Shown here in pieces: positions 1-10,800 of a stretch of DNA of 20,000 nt. The stretch lies in the NCBI GenBank assembly GCA_013115125.1, contig JABANN010000091.1, positions 56,136 through 76,135 on the forward strand. The letters are read 5' to 3'. This DNA is from Perkinsus olseni. Taxonomy: Eukaryota. The notes beneath the pieces are model-generated. The model searched no databases, was not told the DNA's origin, and saw nothing but the letters and a program-made list of their open reading frames with translations. Numbering within the stretch: position 1 is the stretch's first letter; every line of letters begins with the position of its first letter. The position numbers and the translations under genes were made by a program.

Positions 1-183
1 GAAATTTTCCGGAATACTCACAAACGCACCATCGAGGAGTTCTGAGAACTCCTCAGAGGAGTTCTGAGAACTCAGTTCTCTACGACGGAAAGCTGCGTCA
101 TTTGCCGAGTAAATTTTGCCTACGTCCGTGAGTTTCCTATTTGCAGAGAAGGCACATCCGGGCTGAGAGAAAACAACCTGGTC

Positions 184-1700
184 TTACACTTTGTCGTCGT
201 CCAAGACCGTCATTCGGGCTCCCCATCGGTTCCCAATATCAGACGGAAGTCGCGAGGTTACATCCGTCCAGGTTCTCCCGAGATCATCGCTCATCCACAG
301 ATCACCTCGGGCCCGACCTGCTTTAGACAGCGCGCGCCCGAATGATCGATAATTACGAAACCTGCGCCTCACATCCTCCACTGTAACCACCGTAAACAAG
401 TACTCGCTTTTGCGAGGGAAGAAAGATGCAGGCGAAATCCGCCCTTGGCTGCCAAGGGGCATGCTCAACCCGGCCTAAGCGTCTGCATGCGTGGTGACTT
501 TTCGGTGACTCTCTCACATTCAAAGCGTCTGCCACCATCAGTAGAAAGCCACACATCATTGAGAGGGTCACCCTCGGCACTCCAACCACCAAGTACCTAA
601 GAAACACCGCCAATAATGATCGTGTAAATGAGCTCCTATCTGAGGGTTTGCAACTAAAACGCATCCGATGCTGATTCTAGTCACGCCCATTCCACACATC
701 TTGATAATGTCAAAGATGCGCTCCGAGCACATCTTCCACATCCCTCTCCGACACCATAAAAATCAATTTCATAGTTTTGAAAATTACGAGTCAAGCTCCG
801 AGGAAGCAGTCAAGCTCATTCTTTCCCGTCCTCATTCGCTTCTCAGAGATCTTCAACATACAAAAGGCAATCCAACCTTGGCCGCAACCCACCATGAGTA
901 TCTTCCCATCCGGGCTCCCACAAACTCCATGGTCGTCCCTAGGGCACCAAGCCGAGGACGAGCGAATCTAAAGTCGAAGCGCACCCGTCACCAAAAAATC
1001 GCGCCACTCAACAAATTATTTCCCACCGTCCGCCAAGTTCTCCCACCATCGTCACTTCGACAAACGTCCGAGAAAAGCACCACCGCTTCCTGCTCCTCTT
1101 CGTCGACGTCGCTCGAAGACTCCCAAGACGACTGAAGCAGCGAGTCGAGAAACTTTACCGCGCGCCACGAAATTGTCGCCTACAAAGCTGCCCGTGGCCA
1201 GTGAGTTTATACTGGAGGAGGCTGTCGAGCTTGAATCCCACTGAAAAAAAACTACACTCGCCGTGTGTCACTCGGACACAATCTGGGGCTCGTTCTGCTC
1301 GTCCTGAAGTAGCGCTAAGAACTTGTTCAAGACCTAGCAAGAGTTCCAAATCTACAAAACGGAAACACACCCATTAAATATGCCTTCAGTTAGATGGCCA
1401 CTGCTGCACAGGAAGCAGCTCTCTCACACAGCCAGAGACAAATTCAACAAGCAGTGGGGCTGCTCGATAATCTTCACCGCAGGGAGCACCCTATGTACAG
1501 TCGGAATACAGAGATCATATCAAGTTCCACAACCACGCAACAAAATCGATCAGCTGATCGATTTTGACCTCCCCACCAGTCCCTACACCATCAAACGTTT
1601 CACCACACAACTGCCGCCCTCCTAACAGGAACAAAGTGCCATCAGTCAGAGCGAATACACCATGACCAGTACCTACAGCGCGGGCGTCTTGGAGAACTTT
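184..1700 (-). CDS. Multi-exon kelch-like/BNR (Asp-box) beta-propeller repeat protein, partial; both ends uncertain (may begin at ~2500 or above and continue below 184)
   Basis: Spliced segments read GHGVFALTDGTLFLLGG; FSDVCRSDDGGRTWRT|IRSSSAWCPRDDHGVCGSPDGKILMVGCG (GT-AG intron 968..1026, 59 nt); APWQPRADFACIFLPSQKRVLVYGGYSGGC|RARGDLWMSDDLGRTWTDV (intron 318..372, 55 nt). There are two SxDxGxTW Asp-boxes plus repeated W.PR...hydrophobic-GG kelch-like blades. Confidence 0.75.
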
Positions 1701-3739
1701 TCCGGAGAAAGATCTCAATTTCTCCTTGCGTTTTCCTACGCCGTTTCTGTTCAGTAGCCGTGAGTCCATCGACACTGACTTGACCATCACAGACTACTGA
1801 CCGCCAGGTGGACCCCAGAAGACAATCCGTGCCTGAGAAAAATGCAAAATACCAGCCCATTTCAAATGAAACTCAGATCGACTCCCGAAACCTTAACTAA
1901 TCCTCAGCGCTAATCGGACTGAACCTTAGCCTTAGCCTTCGGCGTTGGACACGCCCGAGCCCCAACTTTGAACTGAGATCGACTATATATACCGAAACCT
2001 GAACTAATTCCCGATCCTAGTCTAACTAAGTCGGTTTTCGGCGTTGAACTCAGACAAACATGTTGAACTAATATCGACTCCACAACCAACTCCGATGTGG
2101 AACTGGAACTGAAGGCCCACAATTCATAAAGATACTACCCAGTATCACAGAAAACTGCTCCTTTTTACTCTCCTCCTTCCTACTGCCGTTCTCCGCTGCG
2201 TCGTAACCTGACGGAAACCTACACAGCTGAAGATTTCCATAAAAGGCCCAAAATTTTGGATCCGAATATTTTCCCTCGGCATGTCGCTACGTTTTTTCCC
2301 CCGTGGTCCAGCTCGGACCGCGGATCAACCATTGGACGGCTTGCAACGTGGATCTTCAGCGCTTGGACCGTCCGAGCACAGAAGACTCTTCCCCGAAACA
2401 TACTCGAGATTTCCGCGACTCGCTCACCTTTCTGCATCATTTCGGCATGACGGCGTAAAAGAGCCGCCCTGCCAAAGATGGGCCCTACAGCCATCATCGG
2501 AGAAATTGTAAAACCAGTGAGAACCTCCGAAAACCTCTTCCAACCTCTTTCATATCATACCACCTCACCTCCAAGATACCCTACCGCACAACACTAGTGC
2601 GCAGCCGCAAGAAATTCAACTGAACCCAACTCTGCTCACCGCGAAGGAAACAAGCGACGCTGAGATTCTTCCGCTTATTTTCAGCGGACCCCCGGAAGGC
2701 CCCTTCGGCAGGGATACGTCTTTCTTACAACATAGATCAGCAGTCGACGTCGTTGCGTAAGATCTCAATGATGACGATTTCCAGGGAAAAAAGGAAGTTG
2801 TGCATAGCGGAAGAAATAGTATCAGTATTATTAATACAAAACTGCGAACTACGGGTTGCTCACTAACTTCACTGGCGATGATGATGGTACTGAAACCGAA
2901 GGAACCGCGCAGACGATTCGAAGAATGATAAGAGCAAGCATACAGTGTCATCGACGAACAAGCCTTTACAAGAATCGTACCACAACTTATGGACTGCAAA
3001 CGGTTGAAGATATTTCCACGACGACCGCGAGCTCTCACCAAAGCGCACAGGCATCAAGGTAAGATACGAGAATCGGAACAACACAGTGACACTCCGAAAC
3101 GTAGGAGGGTTACATCGCTGTTCGGGCAGGCATTCTGTTAGGAAGACCCGAGCGGGGCGACGGCAGGGGCACTCGGGAGCGAGGACTCGGCATAAAATTG
3201 GACGCCGTTTGTGATCGTCTGAATGCGGCCGGGGACTGAGGAAGAATTCGAGTGAAGAACGATTTGGGAAAATTATGGTACGCAGAATGAGCAGGGCGAG
3301 CCAGAGCGAGAACAGTAGTGAAACCCGTGGCGTTTTCCTAGGTTAACAGATTCTCGGTAGAATCAGATGAAAATCAGCGATTGTTCATGGTAAAAAATAC
3401 GAAGGAGAAAACGAAAAAACAATAAAAATTTCTGTTTCCGCGCACTTCTGACAAATTACTCATCGCCAATCACCGACAGAGGCGACCGCGAGGGGAACCC
3501 CAATGTAGTGGATACTCGAGGGGAGTGAACCGAAAAAAACAGATTCAGACGAGTACCATAATTTTCGACTTGACTTAGCGGCATTAGTCATCCGAAAGGG
3601 CATGGCATCCGCATACGTACAACCATGTAATGTAGCAAATACTCGAAGTAAGCAAGTATCCCGACTATGCATATCAGACGAATACCACAATTTTCGATAG
3701 TGCACGACATTCCACCATACCACAACTCTCCCAACTACT

Positions 3740-6249
3740 ACCCGCGCAGGCCTCCTCGATATCGGGCTTCTCGTGGCCAACGGAACTGTAGGTGGCAATG
3801 ATGATGGCATGGGGGAGTGACCCTGCCATTCTCCGACCGAGGACCCCTCCCCTGAAGTTTCTCGAGGGACATTGGGGTAGCTGTAGTTGACCCTTATCGG
3901 ATGCTGCGGAGGCATCCCGCCGCCTCCGCCGAACTCGCTGCTCATGGACTCCTCGCCGCGGATGACCCGACTGGTCGATCTGAAGATAATACTACTGTAC
4001 TTATACAAAGGAAAAACACCACTGTCATCATGACAGTGAGGGCCTAACACTGAGTCTCTCATGACAGTGTCATGAGAGACTCAGCGTTAGGCCCTCCAAA
4101 ATTTCACCCGTGCTGCACTGCTTTCGGGGCTAGCCGAGGCCGAGAGAAACTTATCGATTCCAAAACAAATACGATCAACTCGATCCAGAAAAAAACTCCA
4201 CGCTTAATTTTCACCCGTGAATCGTTCCCGATTCACGAGGGAGCCGGCGGAAAATTTAAGAGCCGAAAAAACAGCTCACGCCGTCGAAAAATTGTCCCTA
4301 CTTCTCCACCAAGCTACTTTTTCACTGAATTATTACGAACCACGAAAAAAGAAGTTTACAAGAAAAGAAGTTTTGAAATTTACAAAAAAATCCTGTGGAT
4401 TCGTAGAAAGCCTGAGGCCGAATTTTATATCACGGAATTCCACAATTATCGCTCATTCACAAGAACATACGCGCGCACAGCGAAGATTCCAATCCCCACT
4501 CACCGCGTAGACCGTGAAGTCGTGTCGCCTCTCGCGTAGTTGTAAACAGTAGACCTAGTCGTACAGTCTCCCCCCGCGTTATATCGATTGCATGATCGAT
4601 TTGTCGCTTCTCCTCCGCGATACGATCTCCCCGTTAAGTCGCCCACATGCGATCGGTTAGTAGCGTCCCCTCGGTAAGAGCGGTTAGTCAAGTCGCCACG
4701 ATAAGATCGATTAGACCGACTCGTGGCATCACCACGGTTGGATCTTATTGAACTGAAACAGAAACTCATACAATCAATACTTCTATTTTCCCAAAAACAA
4801 CTCGAAGCTCTGAAAATTTTCCGCAAAAAAGATGCGCACAACAACGAATTCAATGAGCTGTTTACGAGTGCGAGCCACCCTTAGGTCACGGCCTGACTGA
4901 GGGGAAGGCATCCGCAGGCAGAAACGATTCCGAAGAGCGGCGAAATTCTGAATATCGCTCGACTTCTACACCGTGATTCACGGTGTAGCTCACGGTCCGT
5001 GAACCCACAGAGGGCGGAGACCACACTAAATCCGCCAAAAACATGTGCGAACGCTCCCGGACGCTTACAAATATTTTTACCGCGCACCTGGCCACTTGAC
5101 CAGGCTTTATTACTGTTCTCTCTCTTGTCGTCTATTGGCCATCTTCTCTTCAAACAGCTCCTCGCTCCACTTGCGTGCATTCGACTGGCTCACCAGGCTC
5201 CGCACAGACGCCCCGCCGTTCATGCCGTTCGGAGAGCCTGCAACTCAGAAAATCACCACCGATGCGCAGACGCACGAAACGACCAAGTAGGAGAATCTTC
5301 ACCCTCTTTAGTGCACCGCACGCTATAAAGAGTGGAGTCGGAGAAGGCACTCAGCGAATTCCGAGACCAGTGGCGACGGGAATAGGGGCTGGATAAGAGG
5401 ATAAGCGAGAGAGGATGATCTTCGTCGGGGCTGTCCTCCTTTCGCTCGGACTCGATAGGGGTCACACGGAACGACCAACTAGGAGAATTGCCTCGCTATA
5501 AAGAATGCTTTCATTGTTGTGATGCCTCACTGTACACCACTGTACAGTGATAATCCGCATTGTTTTGTTTCTATAGCGGCGGGATAGCCACTGGGTGACG
5601 GATACGACAGGAAAAATCGCCACGGTTGGTGTAAAAGTTGGCCGATATCATCTCCCACACAGTCGTAGTGGTCAACACCATAGTCTCTCTTCTAAAGAGG
5701 TAGTACGAGAGAAAGGCGCAAAGACCGGCAGAACCCTCTCTCCGAGGAGGTGTGGTCCAAGACACGAGCGATTGCAAGAACTATTGATTTCACTACCACT
5801 GGTCGGCCGCGATAAGTCGGGGCCCACCTTATAGTCTCTCACCGCTGCAAAATATGAGTGAGGAAAACATTACATCGCGAGTGCAGGAAGGGGAAACACA
5901 AGTTGGGAAATGAGAAATGTGGAAGTGAAGTTGGAAAGCTTCGTTGTGAAATACAAACTAAAAAACGAAAACTGCGGGATGCAATCACCGACGGGAAAGG
6001 CGAGATTTACGTGAAAATTTGTGGAACTGAAGCGAAAAAAGGGAAATAAGAGTCGTAAGTGAATTGGGATCTCCGATGGAAATTCGGTCTCCACCGCTGC
6101 TCCCCCCCTGTACTACCATCATAATATCTCCCACCCGTTAAATGGGCTCGAGAGTCTTCTTGGTGGACTACACTCGGCAGGGACCAGTCAGAATAGCGTC
6201 TGCTCATCCTAGCCCCATCTTGAGCATCACTACTTGTACAGCAACCCAT
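3740..6249 (-). CDS. Multi-exon hypothetical low-complexity protein with N-terminal MGCCTS myristoylation/palmitoylation motif; 3' end uncertain (may run to ~3100 or further)
   Basis: ATG at 6249 gives MGCCTSSDAQDG. Further plausible exons are RGNSPSWSFRVTPIESERKEDSPDED...SPTWSFRASAHR (~5255-5495), the NRSYRGD(A/L)T repeat exon (~4505-4745, followed by a GTGAGT donor) and STSRVIRGEESMSSEFGGGGGMPPQHP (after a TTCAG acceptor at ~3980). Joining these into one gene is inferred. Confidence 0.5.
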
Positions 6250-6292
6250 GACGTGATGGCAAGGTCGTAGGGTAATAATAATACAAACAACA

Positions 6293-6601
6293 ACAAGGAC
6301 GACCTAAAGATACCATCACACTAACGACAAGGACGACCTAAAGATACCATCACACTAACGACAGAAACGACCTAAAGATACCATCACACTAACGACAAGG
6401 ACGACCTAAAGATACCATCATGTTTACAAGGACGACCTAAAGATACCATCATGTTTACAAGGACGACCTAAAGATACCATCATGTTTACAAGGACGACCT
6501 AAAGATACCATCATGTTTACAAGGACGACCTAAAGATACCATCATGTTCACAAGGACGACCTAAAGATACCATCATGTTTACAAGGACGACCTAAAGATA
6601 C
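6293..6601. repeat. Minisatellite: 3 x 34-bp units, then 6 x 31-bp units and a partial unit
   Basis: Core ACAAGGACGACCTAAAGATACCATCA followed by CACTAACG (units 1-3) or TGTTT (units 4-9). It lies just upstream of the MGCC start codon. Confidence 0.95.
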
Positions 6602-6766
6602 TACCTTAATGACCTTCAAACAATTTGTCCGGGGTATTTAATTTCGGAGAAGTTTCAAAGAACCATTTCGGTGAGTTGTATAAGCTATGAGGAGGCCCCG
6701 AAAATCGCCTAAAACTCGCCAGAGCGAAAGTGACGACAAAAATGACATCAAAAAAAGCATGAGAAA

Positions 6767-6849
6767 TGACGCAACTAGGATTCGAACCGGAGACCTCGGC
6801 TACCTGTGGGAAAAGTGTTGCCGAAGTCAACACTTCCTCTTGTTACATC
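6767..6849 (-). other. Degenerate tRNA-like / Pol III-type element (not a canonical tRNA)
   Basis: The minus strand ends GAGGTCTCCGGTTCGAATCCTAGTTGCGTCA (B-box/T-loop). 5' GATGTAA can pair with 3' TTGCGTC, there is an internal hairpin AAGTGTTG-ACTTCGG-CAACACTT, and a T7 run follows at 6750-6756. No normal D-arm or anticodon arm is present. Confidence 0.4.
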
Positions 6850-7871
6850 ACCCTGCTCGTAATCGGGGTTCCTCGCTGTTGCGTTGCGCCTCTACTGCCT
6901 TGGGGACACGCCGCCGTTTGCTGGCTAAGCCGTGACGCTGGGCAGCATAGCCATATCTCACACCCCTAGCTGCACCCGTCCCCGTGCAGGCGCCAAGAAT
7001 AGTGAGGTATGGGTCAACTCTCGGCGTGTTCGCGCCGCGTCCGATCTATTGCCTGAGCAAGATCCCACCATGAGTGGCCTGCCGTTTGGCCGTCTCCTAA
7101 GAGCGGCAATCGACAACAATTCAATGACAGCGCCGTTTGCTTGCGTCGATTTTCCATTAGGGCTCAGCCTTCGTGCAGCTTCGTCCTCCAGGTCAATTCA
7201 TTGGGCAGATTCATCGGGCGCCCGCCGTTACACAAGTGTCGCGAGTCTTTCGTCGTGCGGTATAGGCTTACCACCCAACGCCTGGAACGGAAGGGTCACA
7301 GATTATCGGGAACGTTCGCCCCCTCTGTCTGCGGAGCGTGTCGCTTCCACTGTTAACACAAGAGAGCTCAAAAGTACGATGAGACTATCACCACTATTAA
7401 TTATCATCATCATGCAAAGCAGCGAAGCACGCCATGGATTGCCGTCTAGTCAACGCCCATCTCTTCCTAGCCTTCGCCAAGGTTAACTGAGAAATGCCAA
7501 AGGCGTGGGTTCAATTCCTGGAGCCAATTTAAGTGTCCCGGGTTCCGCATCCAAGAGTCGTTTTTCCCTCCCACGCTCCACTAAAGTGATGCTACTCGGA
7601 AAGGTCGACAAATGGACTTGCAAAAGTGGGGACTTCAATTGGTTCCCGGGCGAGTCGTTAAACTTCAACAGCAGGAATTATCAACTGCGCATACACGATT
7701 CGGTCGGGAGAGAAGGAAATCTTCCGGCCGAGGATGACCTCGTTCCGAGAGAATCATTCCTTGGCTCGATGAACAGGGTCTATGTAACAGGCTGAACTAA
7801 TCCCCCTCAGATGGTGCATCGGTGATGCTAGTCTAACTAAGCCGTACTGTCGTAGGCGTTGGACTTCAAGC

Positions 7872-10800
7872 TCACACACAAGCTCGATAGGTCGAACGTA
7901 CCAGTGCCTCCTCTTCGACCTCCGGAGAATCTTTGATCGATTTGAACCGGTTAATATTGTCCACAATACACCCGTCGACTCCTAGACGACGTATCTGAGT
8001 GTCGACTCCCTCAACTGTGCTGTTCTCCTCACCGTATGTGTATCTGAGGAACCAAGAGGTCCCCGGTTCGATCCCCGCAGCAGTCATCTGTCTTACAACA
8101 GGAGATCTTTCCGCTTGCACTCTTTCGCCCATTCTTTGTTATTCATAATCCAATTAACTTCGCCACAGATTCCCGTGAGCCCCGTCGCAACGCAAAAGTC
8201 AATCGCCGCATATGGATTAGCCTGGAAGCAACAACTCAGCGGATGAGTTAAAATTCGACACCTGCATGTTAAAATTCGGTCCATTAGGCACTATCGCCAC
8301 CTCGATTTATTTTCAATGCCGTACAGATTACGACACCCCTGAGGTATGCTGCCGTCACTAAGGTGAAACATTCGAAAAAATAGACCGACACCTCACCCGG
8401 GCAAACGCCGAGGGGAACTCTACATACGCGCAATATGGACCTTATAGTAAAAGGGCCTCCCTGAGGTATTCGACATCCTTGCTTTTCCTCGCTTCAGCGG
8501 TGCAATCGATAGTCATACAGTTCATAAGTTAAGTTTCAAGTTATTATCATTTCCCTATGATCAACGATCTCGCGATAACTCAGGAGACCGGGCGTAGCCC
8601 TGACAAGGCCCTCCTGGCCGAGTCCTCTGTGCCGATTATAGCCATAAATATACCTCGACTGACGAGGATCGACGGCAAATGGCCTTATTAGATATACCAG
8701 TAGACCAGGTATGATTTTTCCAATATAATACCACACCAAAGATTCCACTCTCATTTCTGTCGACACCCCCCTTACACTGCGAACATCAGTAAAGTCCACC
8801 TCGGTGTTATCATGCTCATCCTCGTATCCGAACCACACGTTGAATATAACAGGAAAGCGTGCCTGCTTCCGTCTAAGGGTCACGCACAGCTCGGGGTCGA
8901 ACGAGGAGAACATGAACCTGCCAAGAGGACGGGACTTGTAAATTTCCGAAAAATTTCCGGCAAGCGGACATCCTCTCCTGACTCATGCCAAAGTTCACCA
9001 CATCTTGCAAGATCACATCGACGACGGTGTTTCTGCTGTGGCACGACCTCGAGGGGAATCTTCTGACCGTTTCAGGTGTCGGGTATCTAAGGTTGAAGCA
9101 AGCGTGAGCTAGAGATATCTTAGGTTCAAGCTAGCATAAGTTGGACTGTCCAAGTTGGACATATTGAAGGTTGAAGCAAGCGCAAGTTGAAAATATCTGA
9201 GATCGAAGAAAGTACAAGCTAGAGATATCTAAGGTCGAAGCAAGTACAAGCTAGAGATATCTAAGGTCCAAAAAGTACAAGCTAGAGATATCTTAGGTCG
9301 AAGCAAGTACAAGCTAGAGATATCTAAGGTTCAAGCTAGCATAAGCCAGAGACAGGATACCCAAGCTCACTTGATCTCAACGAGAGCCCCCAGACTGTTG
9401 GGAGTCCCCTCCAGCACACAGCGAAGCGTCGGTAGTCCATCGTGCATGTTGATAACACTAGAGCGTTGCTCCACCTCGCTCGACGAGTTCCCGCGTAGCA
9501 GCCCCAGCGAGCTCTCACACCGATTGTAGGTGACGAAAGATGTGGCACGACGAGAGTTCTTCGACAAGGCAACAGGCGCGACACTCTGAGTAGAATAGAT
9601 TATCATCTACTAACGGCAGGTGTTGGTCACCCTTCTCGATCGGGCTTGGTGATGGCGGCGATCCTTGCGGCTCCTCGAGGTCTCGTCCATGGTCGTGAGG
9701 CCCTCCTTGGATAGGGCTGTGATCGGAAGAGTTACAGACTGGCCATAGGAGGCTGTTATCTGCAGGTCATGATAGACCATTGGCTGCTTGTCCGAGGTGA
9801 GGAAGACGTCGAATTCTACCTGACGAAAAATCCAGTCCACCAATACCGCTCCTCATTGAACTCATCTCCCCCGAAGCGTTTAATGGAATCAGTAGGTGAG
9901 TAGGCCTCAGGCCGAGGCACACTGGCCCTCGAGGCCCTGTGGCCTCATTTTTGCATGTGGCATAGTGGCTGCCTCATGTTGTGCATGTTACATTTTCTCC
10001 GTTGACTGTACCCCAGCACCACTATCTTACAGCATTAGCGCCGTATTTGGCAGCCTGGTTGAACGCCAACAGCGTATTCTCCCGGATCCTCGACCCCTGT
10101 TCGTCGCTCCCAATGCCACGGTGGCCAATGATCATCACATCCTTGGTCTGTCTTGCATTCCTCAGAGGCCCATCAAGGGCCTCGTGATAATATTCACTCA
10201 GCTGAGCTATGACGACAAATCGGAGGTCGACAGTACCAACTTTCCGCCAAGACGTGGGATGGTACAACTCCCGCACCTGTGAGCATACGGACTTGCATGA
10301 AGCAATGCAACCCGCTGCTTACAATGAGGTTTGTCGAGCTGCAAGATTGTATCTCGGACAGGTCCTCGAAGCCGATGGTGGTACCTGTAACGTTAATTCT
10401 CTCGAAGATCCCCGCCGGAAGCCCGTGTCATGAAGGCCCTGGCCATCGCGAATGCACGTAGAATCTCAGTACAGTCGTCGGGGTGCCACTTTGTGAGAGA
10501 AGAGTCGCTCTCAAAGCCTGCGGCAGCACATTCTACGAATATTTCGTTCAATTGTGGCAGCTATTCTCTAGGTGATCGAGTTAACTGAGCACAACGATAT
10601 TGAATGAACAGCGGCCATCAACAGCACCGAGTTCGCAGTACCAAATTTTCCCACTATACTCATGTTTTCATGCAGGACACCACGTTCGAGACTTTCCTGA
10701 CTGGATGAAAAGCGTGAGAGAAGTTTCGAACTACTGCAGCAACAGCAGCAAAGCAAAGGGACCCGGGCACATTTTAGGCACGCCACCCATGTTTAACGGC

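Noticed and set aside
668-1135. Plus-strand ORFs (668..1135, 9896..10282, 11433..11783, 13060-14967 set, 17643..18086)
   Set aside because: They are antisense shadows of minus-strand genes with no recognisable motifs.
3545-3698. 25-bp direct repeat giving RKLWYSS twice in the 200-aa ORF
   Set aside because: Probably a local intronic duplication (a related motif is inverted at ~3270), with no evidence for a protein repeat.
6293-6601. CRISPR-like array
   Set aside because: Units are contiguous with only two invariant 5-8 nt linkers. There are no unique spacers or cas genes, and the context is eukaryotic.
6860-6940. HDV-like ribozyme (TCCTCGCTG ... GGCTAAG)
   Set aside because: P1, P2 and P3 pairings could not be built.
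6932-7486. 184-aa plus-strand ORF or possible minus-strand exons
   Set aside because: No recognisable domain or convincing splice chain, so it is left unannotated.
8050-8087. Functional tRNA genes here and at 6767, 7495 and 16708
   Set aside because: Only T-loop/B-box parts are present. T-stems are imperfect and no D-arm or anticodon arm can be folded.
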